A stretch of DNA of 64,000 bases from Eledone cirrhosa (taxonomy: Eukaryota). This document shows, one piece after another, positions 24,672 to 37,504 of the stretch. The position numbers were made by a program, and so were the translations under genes. The DNA lies in NCBI GenBank assembly GCA_964016885.1, contig OZ024746.1, positions 93,124,001 to 93,188,000 on the forward strand, given 5' to 3'. The notes under the pieces were generated by a model, which made no database searches, was not told the DNA's origin, and worked only from the letters and a program-made list of their open reading frames with translations. Each line of letters opens with the position of its first letter. The stretch's first letter is position 1.

Positions 24672-24707
24672 TGAGCCAGAAAGTGGAACAACAAATGCGT
24701 ATAATGT
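24672..24707 (+). CDS. TMEM63: Candidate 36-nt cassette microexon of TMEM63 (NEPESGTTNAYNV)
   Basis: Long T-rich tract then ctacag acceptor, gtatgt donor; phase 2-2 and 36 nt, so it fits between exons 2 and 3 without frameshift or stop. Confidence 0.65.
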
Positions 24708-25377
24708 GTATGTTTTTTGTTTTGTTGACTTAAGTCATTGAAGCTAATCCTGCTACTATTACTACTACAGCTAACACTACTATTAATACTACAACAAACA
24801 CTACTACTATTAATACTGCAACAAAAACACTACTACTACTATTAATACTACAAACAACACTACTACTACTACTATTGCTGCACTTTATTATGCCTTCTCA
24901 TTTTATATGGTTCTTTTGGTGCTTTATAAACTCCCTTTTAAAGATCCTTCAAATGACTCCCTATAAAGACCTCCTATTTAACCACCACACCTGATAAATA
25001 CATCACTTTAGCTACACCTAATAAATACATCTACTAATTAACCTTTCCCTTGTTTGTATACCTTTATTACAACACTTTAGATAACCGTTATTTTTTTTTT
25101 TACTGGTTTCACTCATCGGACTGTGGTCATACTGGGGCACTGCTTTTAGGGGCTTTTAACTGTTTATATAAGCTGCTGTCTCCTCAACCATTTTACTACA
25201 TATGAACCTCTTCCTATCAGCCAGTTCCTTTCTTTGGTTTCTATCTTTCCTTTCACAATTTTGTTAATACTTCTAAAACTTAGCTTGTTTTAAGATTGTT
25301 GTTTACCATTTCCAGGTGTCATGAGTGGTACATGGTTTTTTATGTAGAGGGTGAGGGAGGGTTGTTTTTATTAGCCT

Positions 25378-25660
25378 CATTATCATCATTATCATCATTA
25401 CAACCATAACTACCACCACCATCAATTCTACCACCACTACTACCATCACCACCATTACCGCCACCACCACTACTGCCATCACCACCATTACCACCATCAC
25501 CACTATTACCACCACCACTACTGCCATCACCACCACTAACATTACTACCACCACTAACATTACTACCACCACTAACATTACTACCACCACTAACATTACT
25601 ACCACCACTACCATTACTTCCACTACCATCACCACCGTTACTACCACCACCACTACCATT
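25378..25660. repeat. Trinucleotide (ACC/ACT/ATC) low-complexity repeat
   Basis: Directly visible. Confidence 0.9.
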
Positions 25661-28600
25661 AACATCTTTCCATATGTCACTAACTCTTTTTACTGATTTT
25701 GTCCTATTATTTCCTATACAGGTTTCCATACATCCAAAACTGCATTAAATCCCTTCTGTTAATGTTCCTCAACCACTCCTGTCATTTTATATACATCACA
25801 TCAGATTACAATACAATAATTGCTTTCTCCAGCTTTCCTCTTCGTTATTAACCCTTTAGCTTTTAAACCGGATATATCCAGCCAGAATTCTTTCGCCTCT
25901 TTTTTTTCAAACTGACTGTAGCCATCCACTCGTATACTGGTGTTAAGGTATTGTTCTCAAAATAAATATCAAAATTTCATAGATTCAGTATTATGTAAGA
26001 TAATTATGTGAGGTAAAGCCTTCATCAGGTAAATATAATAGTAAATATAGAGTAATGTAAATACTAAGGAGGGAGTTAACCATTTAACATTTAAACCGAC
26101 CGTATCCAGCTAGAATTCTCTCACCTCTCTCTGTTCAAACTTGCCGTAACCGGCCATTCATACTGATGTTAAGGTATTGTTTTCAAAATAAATAATATTA
26201 AAATCTCATAGATTTGATATTATATGAGATAATTATGCGAAATAAATTGTTTACCATGAAAATACAATAGTATATATAGAGTAATGTAAATGTTAAAGGG
26301 TTAATCACTTCAGTTTGGTTTTTACATATTTATTGATTACCTTCGATCTCATGAATTTATTGGCTGGTCTACACATTACTATATTACTCTATTACATGTT
26401 CCAGCCAACAGGCTGAGACCAAGCTGGAGCACTGCCATTATTACAAAAAAGGGCTGTGGATTGGCAGTATCAGTAGACTGTCGAACACCATGCTGTTTGT
26501 GACATGTAGTTATGGCTCTTTACAATCCGAGTTCAAATCCCGCTGAGGTTAACTTTGCGTTTCATCCTTGCAGGGTCGATAAAATAAAGTACCAGTAATG
26601 CACTGGGGTCGATTTAATTGACCCCTCCCCCTCCCCAATTGCTGGCCTTGTGCCTTAATCAGAAACCATTATTATAAAAAAAAGAACTAAACGTATATTT
26701 CTGATATCTGTTGTTTTGTCATTGTTACTGTAGCATGGCCTGTAATGGAAATATTTCAGCTGATGTCACCAGCATCGATCCCTCTTCTCCCCCTTCTCTC
26801 TGCTATCCCCATCTGTCTTTGTGAAGCTGCATGGTTTAGTAGTTCATCATCATTTAATGTCTATCTTCCACACTAGCTTGGATTAGACAGGCTGTCCCAT
26901 TTGAAGTAAGTAGAGACAACCCGTCTAACCCATGCTAGCATGAAAGATGGAGATTAAATGATGATGATGATGAATCACTAAACCAGCCAAACACTTCATT
27001 TCACATTGCTTTTCATGATGTGTGTAGGGCGCTCTATAATTAAAATACCCAAGAAATCTCCTACGAGATGCAACCTTGTAGGAGGACACCTGAACTTGTG
27101 AAGGTGTGAGCTGTAACATGATAGAGGTCTGGGGTCCCTATCATTAAAACATCCAAGAAACCTCCTATGACATACAACCTTGTTGAAGGCCAACTAAACC
27201 TGCATAAGTGAGAGCTGTAAATTTTAAAAAATAGATGTGTGTCTGTGAGGGGAGGATTTGAGGGTCAAATTCAAATTGCCACAATAATTTGAGGGATTTA
27301 GAAATATAACTTTCTGGGTTTTGGAACATAACTTAACAAAGGTTCTTACATAAAATTATGATAGATGTTTTTTTTAGATAAATATGACCACTTTTACGCT
27401 ATATTTACTATTGTATTTTTGTGGTAAAGGCTTTCTCTTACATAATATCAAATCTATGAGATTTTGATATCTATTTTGAGAACACTACCTTAATGTCAGT
27501 ACGAGTGGCCAGTTACAGCCAGTTTGAACAGAAAGAAGTGAAAGAATTCTGACCGGATATGGCTGGTTTAAATGCTAAAGGGTTAACATAAGCACTTTAG
27601 TATCATAGAACCTGGGGCAGTTTCAGTTTTTGGTATCGAGAGGGTTAATGTAATTGTAAATGTTTTTGAAATGTTTCATCTCTGAAAATGAATTAAAATC
27701 TTATTTTACCAGACTTGAAAAAATAAGTACTATGGTTAATATGATTGACTGAGTCAAGGTGCAGCTGTAGCATGGCCACAGTCTAATAATAAAAAGTAGA
27801 AATAATTGGCACAGAGTCAGAGATTTTGAAAGAAAATTAGTTGTTTTTCTTTTGTCCTATATTTCTGATCTGATCACAGACAGAATAACTGGCAGTCAGC
27901 CCTCTCTCATTTCTTTCTCTTTCTCACTTTTTTTTTCATCTTCCTCTCTCAAAATGTTTGTCTGCAAGGCACAGCCCAAACACTGCCCTGCTCTAGGCCC
28001 AGAACCCCTCACCATCTCCCCTTCACCCTCCCTTTCTTCTGTGGTCAAGAGTCCTTGCTTTCCCCCTCCCTTTTCTCTCATTTATGGCATTTATAGTCCT
28101 TTACTTTCCCATACAGCTTGATCTGCCTTTCTTTACCCCTTCCCCCTTTTTCTCATTACTTAATTTTTTTTATCTTTCTTTTTCATATTTATGTAATTAT
28201 CAATAGATTTTAAGCCAACTTTGTGAGTTAAACACATGTATTGAACTTAAGTTAGTGTTTTAAAACCTTTTCAGTACCAACTCAACCAAGGCTGTCTCTA
28301 ATTCTTGTACAAAACCCCTCATTTTAAAATGTTAGGACTTCATCACAACTTTATGTCAGACCTTTTATTATTAAATCATGCTCTAAACATGAACATAATA
28401 ATGAAAGAGTTATTTTACTAAATCCCTCTAAATTCTCGATAATTTTTCACAATTAATTGAAAAACATAAACCATCTATTTTACAAAAATCTAGTTATAAA
28501 AGGGGTTAACCTTTTAGTTAGCAACCCAGACCAAACCAGCTCTGGTTCTATGAAATAAAGCCACCCATTTAGGTTTCCAATTTATATTAAAATCTTCCAA

Positions 28601-28935
28601 CATAATTTTATATAGGACCTTTACATTAAGTTACTATCTTAGTTATGATATAATTGATAATTTTAGTAAATTCATCTCTGGTTCTATGGAATAAAGTCAT
28701 TTATTTTAAAGGTTTCCAATTTATATTAAAATCTTCCAACATAATTTCATAAGAACCTTACATTAAGTAATTATCTTAGTAATGAAATAATTAATAATTT
28801 CTTATGTGTATAGAGGAATAGTTGAAAGTGTTTACACCTTATAGCAAAAGCCTTCTAATCTAAAAACTGGTTATATCTACCTTAAGTTTACCCTAAAATC
28901 TTCAAATATACATTGTGTTCTAGCAGAAATAGTCA

Positions 28936-29171
28936 TTAACCCTTTAGTTACCAGCCCAGACTAAACCAGCTCTGGTTCTATGAAATAAAGCCACCTATTT
29001 TAAAGGTTTCCAGTTTATATTAAATCTTCCAACATAATTTTATATAAAAACCTTACATTATATATATCTTAGTAATGAAATAATTAATAATTTTAGTCAA
29101 TCCTTCAAAAGTCTTCATTAATTAATTAAAATAGAGCACATTTCATTAGAAATGTGGTGAGGAAAGGGTTA
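28936..29171. mobile_element. TTAA-flanked MITE family 2; copies at 11300-11815 (three in tandem), 28260-28800, 34080-34572 (SINE-interrupted), 27240-27648 and 48700-49272
   Basis: ttaa|ccctttagttacc ... gg(a/t)aa.aaaggg|ttaa termini; shared interior ctctggttctatgaaataaag. Confidence 0.75.
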
Positions 29172-30746
29172 AAAATAACAACAAACTGAAGAATATAGTT
29201 TACTGTACCATTCCTACAGACTACCTTGACACCATACTGTCTGCACCATGTTGATTTGGCTCCACATAGTTTCTAAATTTACTTCATACTAATTCCAGCA
29301 AATCAATAGGTTTTCATTATTGAGTTAAGGCTGTGACTTGGCAGAAATAGCAAAGTGCAGTGCCAGTCATAACACTTAGTGTCCTGTATCACATGAAACC
29401 ACATTAGCAAAAGATTTTTGAAAAGTGCTAAGCAGTACTATGACAGCATTACAATTAAATATTAAAGTATTTTGTATTTGTAAGTGAAGAATAATATAAT
29501 AATATCATAATATTATTAATATTTGGTTTGTTTACACGTAAACAGCTTCATAAAACAACACGTAGTAGATGACAACGTGGTGTTTTATGAAGCTTTTTAC
29601 TTGTAAATAAACCGAATAACAATATTGGTTTCTGATTTTGGCACAAGGCCAACAATATTTGGGGAAAATCGAATAAATCGACCCCAGTGCATTAATGGTA
29701 ATTTGTTATTGACCCCGCAAGGATGAAAGGCAAAACTAACCTCAGCGGGATTTGAACTTGGAATATAAAGGGCCGTAACTGTATGTCGTTAAGCATGGTA
29801 GCCGACGCTCTACTGATTCTGCCAATCCACTCGCAAATACATTTAGATATCCACCACGTTAAGAGCAAAAACAAATTTTGTTTTAAAGATTTTATTTTAC
29901 AGCAAATGTTCACAATAATCTATCCACAAGTAAAGATACTATAAACATTTCAATTAACAAACTCAGTTTTAGATATTTTCTAAGTCATTACAGGATGTTA
30001 AAAGTTAATACCAATTCTTCTACATTTTTATAAATCTTTGGACAGTATAATCAAACTGAAATAAATAAACTAGTCAGAAATTTGGATAAATAAGTTAAGT
30101 TAACCCTTTAGCATTTAAACCGGCCATATCCGGCCAGAACTCTCTCACCTCTTTCTGTTCAAACTGGCCATAACTGGGTGCTCATACTTATGTTATGGTA
30201 TTGTTCTCAAAATAAATATCAAAATTTCATAGATTTGTGAGATATTGTGTGAGGTAAAGCCTTTACTGTGAAAATACAATAGTAAATATAGAGTAATGTA
30301 AATGGTAAAGGGTTAAAAGGAGGAGATGTACTAAATGCCTACTTTGCCTCCCATTAAATCCAGCCCTGTGGGCACATGTGTCTATGGAATGCTAAGTCAC
30401 TAGCACATTAATTTCATGAGCAGGCTGTTCTGTTGGTTGTACAACTGGAACACTTATTGTTGAAACCGATCCACCATCCTTATCTAATAATAATAATGGT
30501 TTCTACGTTTGGCACAAGGCCAGCAATTGGAAGGGGGGGGGGGTCGATTAAATTGACTCCAGTGCGTTACTGGTACTTTATTTTATCAACCCTGTAAGGA
30601 TGAAAGGCTAAGCTTGGCGAGATTGAACTCAGAAATGTAAAGGGACGAAACTCTGTCACTAAGCATGTTGTCCGACCCTCTACCGAAATAATGATTTCTA
30701 ATTTAAACACAAGGCCAAGGATTTGTGTGGAGGTGAAAGTTGATTA

Positions 30747-32738
30747 TATCAACCCAGTATGTAACTGATACTCTATAATATCAACCCAGTATGTAACTGA
30801 TACTCTATAATATCAACCCAGTATGTGACTGATACTCTATAATATCAACCCAGTATGTGACTGATACTCTATAATATCAACCCAGTATGTGACTGATACT
30901 CTATAATATCAACCCAGTATGTGACTGATACTCTATAATATCAACCCAGTATGTGACTGATACTCTATAATATCAACCCAGTGTGTGACTGATACTCTAT
31001 AATACCAACCCAGTATGTGACTGATACTCTATAATATCAACCCAGTATGTGACTGATACTCTATAATATCAACCCAGTATGTGACTGATACTCTATTATA
31101 TCAACCCCAGTGTGTGACTGATACTCTATAATATCAACCCAGTATGTGACTGATACTCTATTATATCAACCCAATATGTGACTGATACTCTATAATATCA
31201 ACCCAGTATGTGACTGATACTCTATTATATCAACCCAGTATGTGACTGATACTCTATAATACCAACCCAGTATGTGACTGATACTCTATTATATCAACCC
31301 AATATGTGACTGATACTCTATAATATCAACCCAGTATGTGACTGATACTCTATAATATCAACCCCAGTGTGTGACTGATACTCTATAATATCAACCCAGT
31401 ATGTGACTGATACTCTATAATATCAACCCAGTATGTGACTGATACTCTATAATACCAACCCAGTGTGTGACTGATACTCTATAATATCAACCCCAGTATG
31501 TGACTGATACTCTATTATATCAACCCAGTATGTGACTGATACTCTATAATATCAACCCAGTATGTGACTGATACTCTATATCAACCCAGTATGTGACTGA
31601 TACTCTATTATATCAACCCAGTATGTGACTGATACTCTATATCAACCCAGTATGTGACTGATACTCTATTATATCAACCCAGTGTGTGACTGATACTCTA
31701 TAATATCAACCCAGTATGTGACTGATACTCTATAATATCAACCCAGTATGTGACTGATACTCTATATCAACCCAGTATGTGACTGATACTCTATAATACC
31801 AACCCAGTGTGTGACTGATACTCTATAATATCAACCCAGTATGTGACTGATACTCTATATCAACCCAGTATGTGACTGATACTCTATAATATCAACCCAG
31901 TATGTGACTGATACTCTATAATATCAACCCAGTATGTGACTGATACTCTATTATATCAACCCAGTGTGTGACTGATACTCTATAATACCAACCCAGTGTG
32001 TGACTGATACTCTATAATATCAACCCAGTATGTGACTGATACTCTATATCAACCCAGTATGTGACTGATACTCTATAATATCAACCCAGTATGTGACTGA
32101 TACTCTATAATATCAACCCAGTATGTGACTGATACTCTATAATATCAACCCAGTGTGTGACTGATACTCTATAATATCAACCCCAGTGTGTGACTGATAC
32201 TCTATAATATCAACCCAGTGTGTGACTGATACTCTATAATATCAACCCCAGTGTGTGACTGATACTCTATAATATCAACCCAGTGTGTGACTGATACTCT
32301 ATAATATCAACCCCAGTGTGTGACTGATACTCTATAATATCAACCCAGTGTGTGACTGATACTCTATAATATCAACCCCAGTATGTGACTGATACTCTAT
32401 AATATCAACCCAGTATGTGACTGATACTCTATAATATCAACCCCAGTGTGTGACTGATACTCTATAATATCAACCCAGTATGTGACTGATACTCTATAAT
32501 ATCAACCCCAGTGTGTGACTGATACTCTATAATATCAACCCCAGTATGTGACTGATACTCTATAATATCAACCCAGTATGTGACTGATACTCTATAATAT
32601 CAACCCCAGTGTGTGACTGATACTCTATAATATCAACCCAGTGTGTGACTGATACTCTATAATATCAACCCAGTATGTGACTGATACTCTATAATATCAA
32701 CCCAGTATGTGACTGATACTCTATAATATCAACCCCAG
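30747..32738. repeat. 32-bp minisatellite (tatcaacccagtatgtgactgatactctataa), about 62 copies, embedded in a SINE
   Basis: Tandem array with 29- and 33-bp variants; the flanks are the two halves of a - strand SINE. Confidence 0.97.
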
Positions 32739-35700
32739 AAAGATGAAAAGCTAAGTTAAACTTGACAGTATAGGAACTTGGAATATAAATACCGGGAATT
32801 GTCTGGCCCCTTCCTCTTTACACCAGTGGCTGTCTAGACCTCAGGCGTACTTGGACCCTGTATATTTGAGCTCCTCTGCAAGATCGGAACATCAGCGGCC
32901 CATCTGAGGAAGGAGCCCTGTAAGGTGGGGTGGCTGTTGCAGCTGGTGTTGCTGGTCATTGTCAACAGGAATGCTTTTACAGTCTTGTCCGCGAGGCACA
33001 GCCCCTTTATCGCTGCACCCTAGGCCCAGAGCCCAATCATATCCCCCTCCCCCCACTCTTCTGTGACACTAGAGTCCTTGCCATTCCCTCCCCTTTTCCC
33101 TTTTTTTTCTTTATATTTTCCTATTTTACATTTCATTCTTTCTTTTCTATTAAACTGTATTTACATGAAAAAAAAAGAAGAAAAAAAAGAGCCAGAATGC
33201 AAAGCATTTGTTTGGCACTCAAACAATTCTACCAATCTGTTCCCTTTATAATAATAATTTCTTTATTAGCTGCCTGGGCTGACACCATCTTTATAATAGT
33301 TACGGCCCTTCCATTCTGAGTTCAAATCCCGCCGAGGTTAACTTTGCCTTTCATCCTTACGGGGTCGATAAAATAAAGTACCAGTAATACACTGGGGTAA
33401 TATCTGGCCTTGTGCCAAAAGTAGAAACAATTATTACTATTATACTTTCCCATCTTTGTCAAAGACACAAGCAATTTAGTGTTGTAATTAGGTAGTGTTG
33501 GTGCTAATATAAAATGCAATGTCCATTTTATAATGTGGTAGTGCTGGCACCGTGATAAAATGCATCCAGCCCACAATAAAATGTTCTCTGTGTAAGCTGT
33601 AAAGTAGTTGGCATTATGAAGGGCTTCCAGCTGTAGAAACAAAGCTAAAACAGAATGCATGAGCAAGATGTGATCACCTGAACAGTCAACCTCAGAATAT
33701 GACAGCCCATCTAACCTATGCAAGCATGGAAAATTGACAAACAGTGAAGAACAGATATCTTCTATACATATTATTTCTTTATTAATCAATCAAACTCATG
33801 AAACATTACTGTTCCACTTGTCATATTCCGTTTTGCAGATCAATCATAGATAATGTTGTTGATTTTTGTAACCTGCTTAGTAGAGTAAAATTCTGAGCGA
33901 ATCAGTGAGTATTTAGAGATAGTCAAAGATGATAAGTCTGTTATAGTTAGCAAGTTTCTTTCCAAAAACATTGCTTGTTGAAGTGAATGACTATGAAGTA
34001 TATTAATTGTGATGAGAGATAATACTGCTTACTAGTGAAAATTAATGGTTATTTGAACTAGGAAAAACTACAATGATGCTTAACCCTTTTGATACCAAAC
34101 TGTCTAAAACTGGACCTGTTTCTACAATATAAAATTGCTTATTTTAAAGTGTTTATATTTATTTAAGAAATGTCCATCATAATTTTTTTTAAACATTTAA
34201 GTTATGCTCCAAATACCAGCTTAATAATAATTTCTGATTTAGGCACAAGGCCAACCATTTTTGGGGAGGGCAAAGTCGATTAAATCAACCTCAGTGCATT
34301 ACTGGTACTTTATTTTATTGACCCCGTAAGGATGAAAGGCAAAGTTAACCTTGACAGGATTTGAGTTTAGAACATAAAGGGCCGTAACTATATGCTGTAA
34401 AGCATGTTGTCTGATGCTCTACTGATACTGTCAATCCATCATCCTAAGAAACACTTACGTAACAAGAAACTTAATTATATTACTATATCTCTCCAAATTC
34501 TTGATAATTTTCAAAGTAATTTGAAAATTATAGGCAGTGTCTTTCATTAGAAATATAGTAAAGAAAGGGTTTTTAAAGTATAATTGCTACAGACAGTGGT
34601 AAGAAACTCTCAGCAGAAAGTCTTCAGAGAAGAAACCTCCTTCAAGTGAATGTTTCAGCCCTTAACTTCTACTAAATTAATAAAATCAAAAAGAAAATGT
34701 AAAGGAACATTACATAAAAGTTGAGAATGAAGGAATTTTTATTTGTAAGAAATTTATCAATCAGACAGATCATCATCGTCACATCTGTTTCTCCAAGCTT
34801 GCATGAGTTAGACAAATATTTTTCAGCACAGTTTCCCTCCACTTGTGTTCCTTTATCTCCTCTGTGAAGTTCAGAATTCTGAGATCCACTCTTACCACTT
34901 CTGCCCAGGTTCTCCTTGATCATCCTCTACTAGAACTCCTGGCACTTATTCACCTAACAATCATCACCCATCTGCATCACATGGCTACACTGGTGCAGTC
35001 TTCTCTCCTGCACTCAACATCTGATTCTACTTATACTAAATTTCTCTCTCAGATCATCCATTCACATTAACATCATACATCCGTTAAAGCATGCTTGCTT
35101 CATTATAAATATATGATTATCAATTTCTTTACATATTAGCAATTTCATGATCTATAAAAGAAGGCATGTGAATTTTGTGATGTTTATGACTTCTTTCCTT
35201 AAGTGAAACTGTTTGCAACTAAGATTTAAAGCCAGGTTCAAAACCAGGGTTAGATTTATGTATTGAGTTAGGTTCAGGCTGTACCTAGATTTTATTAATG
35301 TTTCTATCAATTTTGTGCTCACCTTCTTTGTATGTTTGTCTGTTTGTCTATCCAACCATCCACCCATCTTTCTTTCCCCCATTCTTTCTCTCTCTCTATC
35401 TTGTATATTTCAGGTTTTACCTTCCTCACTATGTCTATTTGCCTGTCTGATTTTCTCTATGAATGTACCTGTCAATAAATAAAGTATTCTTGTATATGTA
35501 GATATGTATGTGTGTGGGTGGTGGAAATAAACTAGATGTTTGTGTCTACCCAGGCCTCTGTTTTTTTATAATTACGATTCATAATAAAAATTAGAAGTAT
35601 TTAATTTATTGAAAATATATTATTGTATGTAGTATTTTCCTGTTAAACTGATATAATACTCTCTACTTTCTGAGCTATATAATCCTATACAAGTGTCTGG

Positions 35701-35757
35701 AATATTCAACTATTTGAATTACAGTATAATTCAATGATTTTATCAAGTATCTGAATA

Positions 35758-37312
35758 TGTGGCTCTGTTGATCAAGTGTCTGTACAGATGGCTCTGTTGA
35801 TCAAGTGTCTGTACAGATGGCTCTGTTGATCAAGTGTCTGTACAGATGGCTCTGTTGATCAAGTGACTGTACAGATGGCTCTGTTGATCAAGTGACTGTA
35901 GAGATGGCTCTGTTGATCAAGTGGCTGTACAGATGGCTCTGTTGATCAAGTGTCTGTACAGATGGCTCTGTTGATCAAGTGTCTGTACAGATGGCTCTGT
36001 TGATCAAGTGTCTGTACAGATGGCTCTGTTGATCAAGTGTCTGTACAGATGGCTCTGTTGATCAAGTGTCTGTACAGATGGCTCTGTTGATCAAGTGTCT
36101 GTACAGATGGCTCTGTTGATCAAGTGTCTGTACAGATGGCTCTGTTGATCAAGTGTCTGTACAGATGGCTCTGTTGATCAAGTGTCTGTACAGATGGCTC
36201 TGTTGATCAAGTGTCTGTACAGATGGCTCTGTTGATCAAGTGTCTGTACAGATGGCTCTGTTGATCAAGTGTCTGTACAGATGGCTCTGTTGATCAAGTG
36301 TCTGTACAGATGGCTCTGTTGATCAAGTGTCTGTACAGATGGCTCTGTTGATCAAGTGTCTGTACAGATGGCTCTGTTGATCAAGTGTCTGTACAGATGG
36401 CTCTGTTGATCAAGTGTCTGTACAGATGGCTCTGTTGATCAAGTGACTGTACAGATGGCTCTGTTGATCAAGTGACTGTACAGATGGCTCTGTTGATCAA
36501 GTGTCTGTACAGATGGCTCTGTTGATCAAGTGTCTGTACAGATGGCTCTGTTGATCAAGTGTCTGTACAGATGGCTCTGTTGATCAAGTGTCTGTACAGA
36601 TGGCTCTGTTGATCAAGTGACTGTACAGATGGCTCTGTTGATCAAGTGACTGTACAGATGGCTCTGTTGATCAAGTGTCTGTACAGATGGCTCTGTTGAT
36701 CAAGTGTCTGTACAGATGGCTCTGTTGATCAAGTGTCTGTACAGATGGCTCTGTTGATCAAGTGTCTGTACAGATGGCTCTGTTGATCAAGTGTCTGTAC
36801 AGATGGCTCTGTTGATCAAGTGACTGTACAGATGGCTCTGTTGATCAAGTGACTGTACAGATGGCTCTGTTGATCAAGTGACTGTACAGATGGCTCTGTT
36901 GATCAAGTGTCTGTACAGATGGCTCTGTTGATCAAGTGTCTGTACAGATGGCTCTGTTGATCAAGTGACTGTACAGATGGCTCTGTTGATCAAGTGTCTG
37001 TACAGATGGCTCTGTTGATCAAGTGTCTGTACAGATGGCTCTGTTGATCAAGTGTCTGTACAGATGGCTCTGTTGATCAAGTGACTGTACAGATGGCTCT
37101 GTTGATCAAGTGTCTGTACAGATGGCTCTGTTGATCAAGTGTCTGTACAGATGGCTCTGTTGATCAAGTGTCTGTACAGATGGCTCTGTTGATCAAGTGA
37201 CTGTACAGATGGCTCTGTTGATCAAGTGACTGTACAGATGGCTCTGTTGATCAAGTGACTGTACAGATGGCTCTGTTGATCAAGTGTCTGAGTTAATAGT
37301 TCTGTTGATCAA
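35758..37312. repeat. 29-bp minisatellite (tgtacagatggctctgttgatcaagtgtc), about 53 copies
   Basis: Highly homogeneous array with one common T/A variant position. Confidence 0.97.
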
Positions 37313-37416
37313 GTCACCCTGTAAATGAATATTGAGGGAGAGGTAAAATATCTACATAGTAATATATCTATATTCCTGTGGCTACACTAATATATGATCT
37401 CTGTGTTGTGTTTCAG

Positions 37417-37504
37417 GTGGACAACTTTATTCTACTGCAGTCATGATCAAAATATGTCAGGTTCTACAGAATCATTGGATACAACAATTCACTTACAAGA
37501 TCGG
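37417..37504 (+). CDS. TMEM63: TMEM63 coding exon 3
   Basis: tttcag|(K)WTTLFYCSHDQNMSGSTESLDTTIHLQDR|gtaaga; phase 2 to 0. Confidence 0.9.

Noticed and set aside
30747-37312. 29- and 32-bp repeat arrays as CRISPR arrays
   Set aside because: Units are head-to-tail with no unique spacers, there are no cas genes, and the context is a eukaryotic intron.
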